A stretch of DNA of 64,000 nucleotides from Octopus bimaculoides (lineage: Eukaryota): contig NC_068983.1 in the NCBI RefSeq assembly GCF_001194135.2, forward strand, positions 161,310,357-161,374,356, written 5' to 3'. The first letter of the stretch is position 1. Each line of letters opens with the position of its first letter. A program made the position numbers and the translations under genes. This document shows positions 13,081 to 25,905 of the stretch, piece by piece. The notes under the pieces were generated by a model. It did not search any database, was not told where the DNA came from, and was given only the letters and a program-made list of their open reading frames with translations.

Positions 13081-13741
13081 GTAAGATGTCAAAATTTCTC
13101 GTATAAGCTGATGATCCATAATTTAAATGAATCTGTTCTTAATTTCCAATTATACCTATGTAAAATTTTTAATAAACATACCATATTTTCCAGCATACAA
13201 ATGAACATAGCATATATAGTGTAAGCATTCAAATATTGTCTCTGTCTTTCTAAATCCTGCTGCATTTTCACATGGAATTTTTGGTCCTCCAAAATCATCT
13301 CAGTGTGTAAGTCAACTTATCGTTTTTGGATGTAAATCTTAGTTTGTAGAATTCAGCTTGTATGCCAGAAAATATGGCACACCAAATAACACTATCTGAA
13401 AAAGAAGAGAGACATTCAGTAGAGTCACATTTATTCTAAGAGACAATGGTTTAGCTCCTATCAAAGACATTTAACCCTCAAAATGTTTAATTCACTTTAC
13501 TATAAACAAGATCCATGCTGAAGGAAGTTTACTCCTGCAAACATTGAGAGGCAGTGTAATAAACAAATTGACAAATGTTTTGCTAGCTTGTACGGCATAA
13601 AGACAATCCTACTATAGGCTTGGAAAAATGTACAAAAAATCAATCCAGTCAATTATGTCCAAGAATATCCTGCCTTGTCAGTAGAATTGTTAAAATTTGG
13701 CTTCTCAATAGTGCATGCAAACCTATACATAGCAATTTAAA

Positions 13742-13772
<31 letters not shown>

Positions 13773-14162
13773 TGATTGTACACACATGCATGCACACATG
13801 TACACATGCACACAAACACACAAATATACAAATTCACATACATGCATACAAACGTATGTATGTGTGTACATGCAAGTATGTATGTATGTGTGTGCATGTA
13901 TGTATGTATGTATATGCATGCACATGCGTGTATTTGTGTTTTTGTTTACATTTATGCTTTTCTGAAAATCTCAAGCTGCAGTGTCGTGTTATTATTTCTC
14001 CAGTCAATGAATAATACACTGGCGTCACCTCAAAGACGTAAAATAAAAGATCTCTTACTTGAAAAACAGGTAATGGTTATTAAGAGAAAAGGCACCAGCA
14101 GTACAAAACATGATACCTCAACAATATATGTGTATGGCACTACCGTTCGAGCATGATCGTTA

Positions 14163-14536
14163 CCAGCGTCGCCTTCCTGGCACTTGTGCCACAGCGTCGC
14201 GTTCCTGGCACTTGTGCCGGTGGCACGTGAAAAGTCATTCGAGCGAGATCATTGCCAGTGCCGCTGGACTGGCTCCCGTGCAGGTGGCACGTAAAATACA
14301 CCATTTTGAGCGTGGCCGTTGCCAGTACCGCCTGACTGGCCTTCATGCCAGTGGCACGTAAAAGCACCCACTACACTCTCGGAGTGGTTGGTGTTAGGAA
14401 GGGCATCCAGCTGTAGAAACTCTGCCAAATCAGATTGGAGCCTGGTGTAGCCATCTGGTTCACCAGTCCTCACTCAAATCGTCCAACCCACGATAGCATG
14501 GAAAGCAGACGTTAAACGATGATGATGATGATGATG
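14163..14536 (+). mobile_element. Family-D SINE/non-autonomous retroelement with (GAT)n tail
   Basis: Internal GTGCCGGTGGCACGTAAAA modules and 3' end AGGAAGGGCATCCAGCTGTAGAAACTCTGCC...GGACGTTAAACGATGATGATG; the most frequent repeat in the window. Confidence 0.9.
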
Positions 14537-15034
14537 AATCCAAGCTATCATGAGATAATGGATATAAAAACAAACATGTTTATATATGTACAAATGTCAG
14601 AAAACCCTTAAGAAGTACCCTTTCTGCTAAACATTTTATATCCTAAATATGTCTGACCATAAACAAATCTCTCTCAAGGAAACGCTCACGATTATCACAT
14701 CTTGCAATGAAAATGGCCAAAGGTCTTCATGTTTTATTGACAATTAGTTTTGTGGAAGACGTTCAGAATCTACTTCTGTGTAATATCCTACCAGAGGACA
14801 GCAGGAGAAATCTTCAGAGGAAGTGTTTCCTGACACTCAATGGGAGCCAGGCCCACCCAGGTCTTGACTCCATGGTGCCTTCCTTCTATTTTTGAAGTGC
14901 CACTTTTAGTAGAGATTCAGCTCAGAACCTTTGGGTGATCTTATTTTATAGCTGATGAGACATATTGACCATTTTCTCATAAATTTTCTCTTGCACTGTG
15001 AGGTTAATAATTAATTCAGTTGACCATTTCATTA

Positions 15035-15127
<93 letters not shown>

Positions 15128-15245
15128 TCTCTATACACATGCATACACATACATAGCAAGAGAAATTCATCATTGATTAATACATACCAGAAGGGTTTTA
15201 CTACTTACAAAATTCAATTGTTTTCTCTCACTTCCTCTTTCTCAG

Positions 15246-15476
15246 GTAGAAAATGCCGAAAAAGAAATCGAATTAATACAACTCCTTCTACTGGATTACC
15301 ACATAGACCTGGTTCTACCACAACAGACCCTACTCAGATTTTCCACAATCTATGTATGCCCAAAGGTACAGATCGCCTAGTGTATATGTCAAATGGAACT
15401 GATTCTCTCATGCTTGCTTTCCACCATATCAAAAAGTCAAAAGTAGATGTACTGCGATGGGATATACCTAAAAAGG
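15246..15476 (+). CDS. CHRDL: Chordin-like protein, post-VWC linker and start of CHRDL C-terminal domain
   Basis: ctttctcag|GTAGAA...AAAAGG|gtaagt; 231 nt, phase 1->1; GRKCRKRNR...LMLAFHHIKKSKVDVLRWDIPKK, resembling CHRDL1 [20 protein letters not shown] (recalled, not aligned by program). Confidence 0.9.
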
Positions 15477-15567
15477 GTAAGTTAGTTCGAAATTGTAAAG
15501 AACAGAATCAGAACTAGTTACTGAGTTTCTTTTAGTATCATTCTCATTTTGGGCTTTGCCATTTCAG

Positions 15568-15660
15568 GTCGACTTGTTCATTTCAAAAAAGAAACAATGA
15601 ATGCAGAAGATTTTCGTTCAAGAACAAAATCTACAAATATTTTAGGTGCTACAAACAAAA
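15568..15660 (+). CDS. CHRDL: Chordin-like protein, C-terminal domain exon
   Basis: catttcag|GTCGAC...AACAAAA|gtaagt; 93 nt, phase 1->1; GRLVHFKKETMNAEDFRSRTKSTNILGATNK (cf. CHRDL1 GILQHFHIEKIS...KLVTRTT); follows a 91-nt intron. Confidence 0.9.
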
Positions 15661-15792
15661 GTAAGTCTTTTAGTATTTGAAATGTTTATATATCGTATTC
15701 GGAGACTTCATATTTTGGGAGAAAATTTAATTCTTCTGACAGTTTTTCCTTTTCAAGAGCATTAGAATCAAAAATGAAGTGGATATATACAA

Positions 15793-16155
15793 TAGGCACA
15801 ATGTGGCTGTGTTGTAAGAAGCATTCTTCCCAACCACATGGTCCTGGGTTCAGTCCCACTGCGTGGCACCTTGGGCCAGTGTCTTCTACTATAGCCTCGG
15901 GCTGACTAAAGCCTTGCGAGTGGATTTGGTAGATGGAAACTGAAAGAAGCCCGTCATGCGGGTGACACGTAAAAGCACCCACTACACTCTCTGAGTGGTT
16001 GGCGTTAGGAAGGGCATCCAGCTGTAGAAACTCTGCCAAATCAGATTGGAGCCTGGTGTTGCCATCCGGTTTCACCAGTCCTCAATCAAATCGTCAACTA
16101 ATGCTAGTATGGAAAGCGGACGTTAAACGATGATGATGATGATGATGATGATGAT
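15793..16155 (+). mobile_element. CORE-like SINE (family C, 15793-15957) joined to a family-D 3' tail (15958-16155)
   Basis: tRNA-like head, GGCACCTTGGGCCAGTGTCTT CORE-like motif, then GCGGGTGACACGTAAAAGCACCC...CGTTAAACGATGATGAT tail. Other family-C copies: -17862-17972, +26398-26690, +33500-33650, +38063-38195, -57165-57290, -61140-61265, +61345-61480. Confidence 0.8.
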
Positions 16156-17159
16156 ATATATATATATATNNNNNNNNNNNNNNNNNNNNNNNNNNNNNNN
16201 NNNNNNNNNNNNNNNNNNNNNNNNNNNNNNNNNNNNNNNNNNNNNNNNNNNNNNNNNNNNNNNNNNNNNNNNNNNNNNNNNNNNNNNNNNNNNNNNNNNN
16301 NNNNNNNNNNNNNNNNNNNNNNNNNNNNNNNNNNNNNNNNNNNNNNNNNNNNNNNNNNNNNNNNNNNNNNNNNNNNNNNNNNNNNNNNNNNNNNNNNNNN
16401 NNNNNNNNNNNNNNNNNNNNNNNNNNNNNNNNNNNNNNNNNNNNNNNNNNNNNNNNNNNNNNNNNNNNNNNNNNNNNNNNNNNNNNNNNNNNNNNNNNNN
16501 NNNNNNNNNNNNNNNCAGCCCTCAATCAAACCGTCCAACCCATGCCAGCATGGAAAAAGGATGTTAAACAATGATGATGTGTTTGTTTATAGTGTTGTTA
16601 TTGCTGCTTCACTTGCCCACAAATTGTCCACTTGATTTGCAACCTCAAAAATGTGTAAAATAAGAGATCCCTTTGAAAAACAGGTAAAGGTTAGCAACAG
16701 GAAGGGCCTATGTACGTGTATATATTTACACCATCATCAAATGTCTACTTTCTATGCTGGCATGGGTGGGATAGGTTGTTACAATCCAAGTCATTTTTTA
16801 TTAAGAGCTGGTACTCTCATAGAGTTGTACACATCATTTGGATTGGTTTCTACAGCTGGATACTCTTCTTACTGTCAACTACTTTTCAGAGAGTTATGGA
16901 TGCATTTTTTTATAGCACCAAAATGATAGAGGTTGTATTTTCCTGAGTGAGACAGGACAAAAGGAACCTCACAACCCTATGCTTTCTCTGCTCATTTGAC
17001 AATCACTTCACAATATATACTGGGTTTATCTTTTCAGGACATCAGAATTCGTGAGGTTATAGTTATAATCTTTTGAGGTTATAGTTATAATCTTTTGAAT
17101 TTGTATGTGTTTTTATCCACCCCACTCTCTCTCTCTATCTCTCTCTCTCNNNNNNNNNN

Positions 17160-17194
<35 letters not shown>

Positions 17195-17374
17195 TATATA
17201 TATATATACAGCACAATGTACGTTTGAGAGCCTAAAATACATTTTAAGTATTTAGTTTGAGTACAGTTTTTAAGCCTATTTGTTATGCAGCTTTCAACAG
17301 TTGTGAAGGCATTTTATTTTCTTCTTATTCAGAAATATAAAAGTGATTGTGTTGACCATTAATCAGAGGCCACT

Positions 17375-17720
17375 CATGGAGGCAAAGTGGCTGAGTTTCT
17401 TTTGAGCATTAGGCCTCACAGAGACAAGGTGGCTAAGTTCCTTTTGAGCATTGGACCTCATGGGGGGAAAGTGACTGAGTTCCTTTGAGTGTTGAACCTC
17501 ATAGAGGCAATAACAAAGACCTTTGGCATTATGTCGTGCTTGAGAAGAACACCCATCAAGCCAAGCAAAATCGCAGTCGTAGCAGATACTGGTGTCATGC
17601 AAATTGGCACTTGTGTCAGTGGCACGTAAATACACCCCAGTGTCACATATGGCACATGAAAGCACCCATTACACTCTTGAGTGATTGGTGTTAGGAAGGG
17701 CATCCAGCTGTAGAAAACCA
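17375..17720 (+). mobile_element. Family-D element retaining its 5' region with three ~42-bp tandem units
   Basis: GGAGGCAAAGTGGCTGAGTTTCTTTTGAGCATTAGGCCTCAC-like unit x3 (17378-17505), continuing into the family-D body; 3' end lost at a (TA)n tract. Confidence 0.75.
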
Positions 17721-17740
17721 TGATTTTCATTTTGATGTTG

Positions 17741-17813
<73 letters not shown>

Positions 17814-18135
17814 AATACACATACATGCACATATACAACAGGATTCTTCCTGTCTCAATCTACCATATCCACTCACAAGGCTATAGTGGAAGACTATTGC
17901 CCAAAGTACCATGCTGTCAGACTGAACCCAAAACCACAAGGTTTGGAAGCAAGCTCTTTAGTCATACAACCACAGCCTACACCTACAGATAACACTAAAA
18001 CTAATATTTTAACATGATATTAGCATGGAAATAATTAACTGTAAAATTCTTGTTTATGTCTTGTATATAACTTGCTTGTTTATCATTAGATTATCTTAAA
18101 GACTTTTCTGACATCTCAAATTCATTCATTTACAG

Positions 18136-18278
18136 AACGCTATGTAAATCGGTTCTCAAGGAAACTTAAAAAGCAAATTAACCGATGCAAGAAAACATGC
18201 CGGCAAAAGCGCGTGATGCGATTATTAAAACAGCTGAAACTGAAGAAAGTACGTTTCACAGAAATCTGCAAAAATTGA
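18136..18278 (+). CDS. CHRDL: Chordin-like protein, terminal coding exon
   Basis: catttacag|AACGCT...AAT TGA; phase 1; KRYVNRFSRKLKKQINRCKKTCRQKRVMRLLKQLKLKKVRFTEICKN*; stop at 18276-18278; C-x3-C resembles the end of the CHRDL1 tail. Confidence 0.88.
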
Positions 18279-18399
18279 CAAACACATAAAATGAGCTGAC
18301 ATCAACCAAAAAAGCTTTGCAATCAAACTTTGCCTCATAGCATGTATGTTTCAGTGTAGGTGTGCAAAATGCATGTATTAGTTTGAAGCTGTCTTTTCC

Positions 18400-18401
18400 A
18401 C

Positions 18402-18464
<63 letters not shown>

Positions 18465-18835
18465 TATGCACACACATATATATACACACACACATATATA
18501 TACATATATACATACATACACACATATATGTGCGTGTGTTTGTATATACATATGTCATGCATATACACACAGGCACGCACACAGATGTATATAGATTTAT
18601 AGATATATGTGTGAGTGTGTGTGTGTATATATATATATATACATATATATTCATATATGTATGTGTGAGAGTGTGTGCTTCTTCATATATGTGTGTATGT
18701 GTGTGTGTGTTTATATGTATATATATATGTATATATATATATGTGTGTGTGTATATATATATATAATGTATATAATTTTGGATTTTGTCCCTAATAATAT
18801 TATAATGTATATATATAATGTACCTATGTATTTAA

Positions 18836-18889
<54 letters not shown>

Positions 18890-18918
18890 TTAAATACATA
18901 GGTACATTATATATATAC

Positions 18919-18951
<33 letters not shown>

Positions 18952-19042
18952 CTCATATATATATATGTATGTATATAAGAGAATATGTAACATATGAAGA
19001 TACAAATATATATATTTATATATATTTGTATGTGAGTGATAA

Positions 19043-19090
<48 letters not shown>

Positions 19091-19460
19091 NNNNNNNNNN
19101 GGCAAACAGACAAACATGCAGGTACATATTCATACAACAAAGTAATTTATGCACACCCAAAGATATATGTTTGTATGTATGGATGTATGTATGTATGCAT
19201 GTATGGATGTATATATACTAATACATATGTATATATAAATATGTATGTATATATATGTATATACCATTTCACATACCAACTTTCTCACCTATATATATAT
19301 ATATATATCATAAATAACATAAAAGATTATATTTCCCATATATAGTAGATATATACATATATTTATATATGTAGATGCATATATATATGCACACATGTAT
19401 AAGTATGTGTGTGTGTATCTATATACATGAATATACCTATATATATACAATATATATGTG

Positions 19461-19524
<64 letters not shown>

Positions 19525-19560
19525 TACATATATACATATATACATGCATGCATATAAAAG
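18400..19560. repeat. Dense (TA)n/(CA)n/(TG)n low-complexity block downstream of the chordin-like stop
   Basis: Seen directly. Similar microsatellites at 13740-13930, 15040-15130, 24210-24800, 27838-27975, 41965-42050 and 56575-56645. Confidence 0.97.
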
Positions 19561-20243
19561 CAATCAAACATATGTACCTGTGAGTACCCTCATATATAAA
19601 TGCAAATTTACAGACTCCAAAAGGAACACACTAACATATGTATGAAGGCATAAACATATACATATGAAAGGCAATATTCAGCAGTATACAAATGTATGAT
19701 AAAAAAAATTAAAACAGTGAATGGAACCCTTAAAAAATATTACAACACTATATATGTATATGCACTCATTGTGTGTGAAAATACTTGTGAGTATGACAGA
19801 GTGTACTTTCAAATATAAATTTCAGATGATTAATTCATCAGAGACACAAGTAACTGTGGACATTATCGCCAAAATATTTTAAAAGAAATTATTAATGTAG
19901 ATATGTCGCTGTTTGGTATCACAAAAGAAATGTAACAAATTGAAGAAAAAAAAACATGAAATAGAGAATGGAATCAAATATTTACTTTGTAAATATATTT
20001 CTCCTTCATTACATTATAAGATGAAAATTGATTGACTATTTCAAAGACAGTATTATTAACAAAATTTAGATGGTTCAAAATATGTTGCTTAGAAAAACCA
20101 CACAGTAATATGTTGATCTGATAATGAAAACTAATTATTATGCTATATGAATTGATACAATAATATATACAAGTGAAACAATCAGAAGGTAAGGGCTATT
20201 GATTGAGTACCTGTTAAGAAATCATGAGATAGAAATATATAGA

Positions 20244-20276
<33 letters not shown>

Positions 20277-21667
20277 CCATAGATTACATACAAGCATATA
20301 TGCATACATATATACAAATATATATATGTATGTATGTGTGTATGTATGTGTACATATGTTTGCATGTGTATTTACTATATAATGAATATGACAGTATTAT
20401 TTATATTCAGGCTACCACTAGTTTCATGTAATATGCAAACACTATGCAGTTCTGTGAATATCTTACATTCACCAGGTTCGTTTGAGTAACAAAGGAAATA
20501 TTCTACCTACCTAGCTACTTTATCACTTCTTGTATGTGGTGAGAATACATGAGAAAATATGAGACCGTAATCAATTCATTTGATTATTGTTTTCAATATG
20601 TTAAATCAATATTATTCTCATCTATAGTGTTCCATCATTGCTGCTTATTTTTGTTTCTTTTAAATTTATTAGCGTTCATAATGAGAATCTTGCTATATAA
20701 TTTCCAATGTTCCTGGGCCCCTGGGCCTTACATGTTTTGCATCACAACTTTTCACAGACTTTCTCATCTCAGATATATCAAAGAGTAGCAACCTTGAATA
20801 ACTCATTTGATATTTAGATAAATCTGTTAATTGCAGAATATTTCTGACAGGCATGGCGTTTGCTACTTACATAAATCTAGTGGTAACCTGTAAATGAAAA
20901 ATTGTTCTATACTAATTATAAAAGAATATAATTCACTCTTCATTCAAAATTGAGTTCTCTCAATGTCTGGTGACATACAAAACACAATATATTTGTATGT
21001 ACATGTGTTTGTAGTGTATGTATATCAGTGTGTGTTTTCATGTATAGTTACATATAAAAAGTGTCAAAAATGAACTAGAAGGTTATGCAGTACATTTAAG
21101 AATCACAAATATTTTACTTTTAGATGGATAATGTTGACAAAGCTTTTCAGTTGCCTTCTTCACATGGAAAATATTTTTTTGGCTTACCAATCATTTTTAT
21201 ATCTTTTTTGCTTCATCTTGTAGACGGGGCATTATTTCACTTCTTTCTTTCCACAATTCCTTTTTTTCTGCTCTCCCTTTTAAAATATCCTCAAGAATGT
21301 TTCCTTACATGTCATAAATACAAACTTTTGAACCACACTTCCCATCTACTCTGCTCCCACACATGATGAACACAAAAATATATAAAACCTGGAAAATCAA
21401 AACCATTTCATAGTCAAATTGAGGCACAGGGCCAAAAATTCGATGTTGACATTTTTCTTTGTAGAAAGTGTGTGTGTGTGTGTGTGTGTGTGTGNNNNNN
21501 NNNNNNNNNNNNNNNNNNNNNNNNNNNNNNNNNNNNNNNNNNNNNNNNNNNNNNNNNNNNNNNNNNNNNNNNNNNNNNNNNNNNNNNNNNNNNNNNNNNN
21601 NNNNNNNNNNNNNNNNNNNNNNNNNNNNNNNNNNNNNNNNNNNNNNNNNNNNNNNNNNNNNNNNNNN

Positions 21668-21709
<42 letters not shown>

Positions 21710-22394
21710 CATACTGTGCATGATCTGGCAATCATTCAAGCTCAAATAACATTGCTACTCTATGAGGAAATTTAGGAAAAAAAACAAATTAGAAGAAAAA
21801 AATTAGAAGAAAACCTTAAGAGAAATGTGAGGGTAAAGGTTATTTCCTTTTAACCTTTCAAATGAAACATCATTTATATTGAGTGCTACATCTAAAAAAA
21901 AGAACTATGCCTAGTAAGGTAGTCAAATGTAGAACAGGCTAAAATGTGTTAAACTGTGTGTTATATCTTGTGATTGAGGGGTATCCTCCAGTGCAATAAC
22001 AGAAATTTGTTGAGTTGCATACATTTTGTAAAAAGCTTTGATCTCAAATTTAGAATGTTGATGCAGTTCTTCTATCTAATGAAGACATGTTTTCTTTTTT
22101 GACCCAATAATGTATAACCTAGGTCTTTCTTTCTATAATACTCCATTTAATGGTGTGTGGTATGTTGTTGTCCCTTCAGTTCCATTTGTCGCTTGCTAGA
22201 TGTGTTCTTTTCTTTTTGTCTACATGCTTAAAAGAAGACTGGTGACTGGCACATCTCTCTTTGAAATCACTTATGTGCAATACAAGATATTTTTTCCTTC
22301 AGTTCCCTTATATGACAGAAGATGAAAACCCTCATCTTTAGTAAGGGTTTAGCATGTGTAATGAAATCTGAACAAAACAAACTGTTTGATATAT

Positions 22395-22585
22395 CGGTTT
22401 CAAAGTTTGGTCAGCAAGTTTGGGGGAGGGTATAATGATTATGCTAACCCCAGTTCTCAATTGGTATTTATTTTATCGACCCTGGAAGGATAAAAGGTCA
22501 AGTTAACCTCAGCAGAATTTGAACTCAGAATGTAAAGATAGACGAAATGCCACTAAGCATTTTATTCTGCAAGCTCACTGCCTTT
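22395..22585 (-). mobile_element. Family-B SINE
   Basis: Same core as the 778-2412 copies. Confidence 0.8.
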
Positions 22586-22588
22586 TAA

Positions 22589-23700
22589 CTGATATATTGA
22601 TAGGTTCAAATGACAGATCCAGCATATGTAATTTAGTAATGCTTTTTATACAAAATATCCTAAAAACGGAGTTTCCTTCCAGCAATATGGGTTTATACAA
22701 GGATAATGGATTAGGAACATCCCACAGCTGTGATATTCATACACAGGATACCTTTCGGTAAAAAAAATCTATTCATCTTTAGTATAAATCACATTGTCAC
22801 AGTAACTGCAAACTTCACTAAAGTTGACTTAGATTTAAACATTTATTTAAACCAAATGGAAAACTCAGTTATATACACTAACAGCATTGCTACTCCAATT
22901 ATCTTTGGAAATTTTATAATTTACATCAAATTTTCAATAAGACATCCTCCTTCTATTATAATACTCTAGCTGACAGGGACTTTAAAGGGAACATATTATT
23001 CACTATGAACCAAACAAGAAAGAAGCTTAAAAATAATACTGGGAAAGTTATATGGTCCACTCTCCATTTCTCCTTAGGATTAATGTTGACAAAAAAGAAA
23101 AAAAAAATACCAAGCATTCATAAATAAACACATCCCTGATAGCCATAGATATAAGAAAATGTATAGACATTCTATGAAAGTTTCTGACAGCTGTAACCCT
23201 AATATAAAAAACATTATTTCATGTAACCAACCAAGATGATCACTCCAAATTGCAAATTCAAGAACCCAGATGCTTGCTCTCTAGACAGGCATGCATGGTT
23301 AGCTCAAATCACCTCTGTTCCCTCGAATAAGGGGATTGGAAGATGAAAATAGATTTGAATGTGGAAAAGTGAGAAAGAGATTCAAAATGAGGTATGCTAA
23401 CCACAGGTCTTCTTTCAAGCACATAGATAAAAAGAAAAGCAAAAAGCTAGCAAGCCATGTATGAGAGCTGAAGGATGCCACACACTAAGTGGATCTTCAT
23501 AGGAAGATCTCAGCAGTATATATATCAAAAGAAGTGCAAACTCTGATTAACTAAAAGAGCATAGAAGTCTTTATTAGATCAAAGAACTGCACCAATCTTC
23601 TAAACACAAGATCAAAATTTTTTACAAGATGTATGCATCTCAACAAACTTCTGTTATCATAGATTATCAGACATATAGATTAACAAACTTTAACCTGTAT
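22589..23700 (+). mobile_element. Degenerate Penelope-like element (RT + GIY-YIG endonuclease)
   Basis: Broken frames give GSNDRSSICNLVMLFI (cf. GSxDGAEVCELVGL), GLYKDNGLG (YRDDG motif), RHPPSII, KRFKMRYANHRSSFKH...LASHV*ELKD and LLNTRSKFFTRCMHLNK, the Penelope order of motifs. Confidence 0.88.
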
Positions 23701-24034
23701 TCCATTCAACTACCACCAGGCTGTTTAAGTGTTTTTTTATATGTAAAACAACATTAATGATATATTTTAATTAATGGATTAATGGGACATAACCTTTATC
23801 CTTTTTTCCCTGTAACAATTTCTTGTTTTTTTCTGTCACATTTCCTGACAAAGTAACCAAGCCCATCCAATTACTGCACTATTCAAGCTCAAAACTTGAA
23901 GTAGCTCATATAAAACTATTTCTGCATTTATCAAATGCATTAAATGCATGTAGGTATATGTATTCATGTATGTATGTGTGTGTGTGTGTGTGTATATGTG
24001 TGTGTAGAGTGTTTCAAGTGGTGTACAGATATTG

Positions 24035-24206
24035 TATATCGAGAAAAAGGAAGCGGTCAGAATTTTGGATAATTTTTTATTAGTGCTTTCATTCATTTAG
24101 TGACCTCACCAAGACAAAATCATTTTGATTTTGTTTTGACGAGTTTGATAAATGAATGAGAGCATTAATAAAGAATTATCCAAAATTGTGACTGCCTCTT
24201 TTTTCT

Positions 24207-24213
<7 letters not shown>
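24035..24213. repeat. 179-bp imperfect foldback (88-bp arms, 3-nt loop)
   Basis: TATATCGAGAAAAAGGAAGCGGTCAGAATTTTGGATAATT...AAAATCA-TTT-TGATTTT...AATTATCCAAAATTGTGACTGCCTCTTTTTTCTCAATATA; mismatches are mostly transitions. Confidence 0.85.
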
Positions 24214-24244
<31 letters not shown>

Positions 24245-24454
24245 NNNNNNNNNNNNNNNNNNNNNNNNNNNNNNNNNNNNNNNNNNNNNNNNNNNNNNNN
24301 NNNNNNNNNNNNNNNNNNNNNNNNNNNNNNNNNNNNNNNNNNNNNNNNNNNNNNNNNNNNNNNNNNNNNNNNNNNNNNNNNNNNNNNNNNNNNNNNNNNN
24401 NNNNNNNNNNNNNNNNNNNNNNNNNNNNNNNNNNNNNNNNNNNNNNNNNNNNNN

Positions 24455-24508
<54 letters not shown>

Positions 24509-25639
24509 GTATATATATATAATATAGATAGATAGATTGATAGATGTATATGTACATACACAGACATGTTGATATAGATGTATGTATATGTACATATCTA
24601 CATATGTGCATGGATGTGCATATGTATATATGTATGCGTGTATGTGTGTGTGTGAGAGACAGAGAGAGAGAGAATATATAAGCATATTATACATACATAT
24701 ATATACGTGTATGTGCATATATATGTATGCTTGTTTTTATGTAAGTATCCAGATAAATAGATAGATATATACAAACATATATGCACACATACATGAGCGC
24801 ACACACATACACACACACAAAATTTTAGAATGAATAAATAGCAAATTACCTTTGGTTTCTTTCACATAGATAAAAAAAAAACAAAAGCTTACAGAATATT
24901 TAAAAAGTTGCATTTAATCCAACAATTGAATTATGCCATTGTTGAATTCTATCATGTTCTTATTGTCTTATTTATAACTGAAATCTCTCTCCCCCAGAAA
25001 TCCACTTTATTTATTAAACATGAAAGAAAAATCATAATTATATTGATAAATATAATGAGATTTAATTACTGTGTTGTTCAATTTGCTTATTCTTATTTAT
25101 TAATTTTTAATGTTGTTATTGCATTGTTTTTATAATATTTCTAAAATATTTCAAAGAATTAGCAGAAAGAGTGCCAGATTTTTCTTTTGAAGCAATCTAA
25201 TTGTGGACATTTTTATGATCAGATGTATCTATTTACTGGCTTATCAGCCTATATATATATATATAAAAGAAAATTGACAAAGAAATCTTCATTGTTGTCT
25301 ATTAAATCTGGCCACAGTTACCTTTTAATAGATGCAGCAGTGCAGTGTCTAACCAAGTCATAGATTTACAATCAAATCTTTGGACACTTTATAGTATATA
25401 ATACAATTACAGAGTAAAAATAAAATTTAATATAATGATATATGTGTGTTTTAAATGACTATCATGATTCTATTAAGAAGCACATTTTTCGGTTTTAAAA
25501 TGTCATTTCATCTCACAATGCATGACATAAATAACTCTAATATATATATATACACCGGAGTAACAAAACTGTCCGATGAACGGGAACATGAAACTCAGAG
25601 TAACAGTCTTTTGTTATATTTCCGAAGCTTTTAAATAAA

Positions 25640-25694
<55 letters not shown>

Positions 25695-25697
25695 CAT

Positions 25698-25905
25698 ACA
25701 TGAGGGTGCACTGCAAAGTTCCTGGCTTTAAGGGTATCACAAAAGGCCTGGTTGGAGACCCAGCCTTCCAAGTTCTCTTACAGGGCTTAGAAAAACTGAA
25801 AGACTACTACATGAAGTGTGTGAATTTGAGAGGGGAATATATTAAATAAAATCATCATTAACTGATCCTCCTGTATTTTCTTTTGCCCAAAGCCAGGAAC
25901 TTATA
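25698..25905 (+). mobile_element. Mariner-derived MITE
   Basis: AAAGTTCCTGGCTTT / AAAGCCAGGAACTT inverted ends; GLEKLKDYYMKCVNLRGEYIK resembles a transposase C-terminus. Confidence 0.75.

Noticed and set aside
17050-17097. 22-bp direct tandem duplication; also the 42-bp and 22-bp arrays as possible CRISPR-like repeats
   Set aside because: No unique spacers, eukaryotic context and no cas genes; simple slippage or retroelement-internal repeats.
2896-18278. Alternative identities: chordin/sog, BMPER/crossveinless-2, kielin
   Set aside because: No CHRD or VWD/TIL domain follows the last VWC; the WHPxLxxFG motif and the C-terminal domain fit CHRDL1/2. The N-terminus is outside the window, so orthology still needs a phylogeny.
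19790-20460. Further hammerhead-like words on - (CTGATGA...GAAA near 19820-19845; GAAACTAGT near 20418-20426)
   Set aside because: Stems do not pair or the core is too degraded; indistinguishable from chance in AT-rich DNA.
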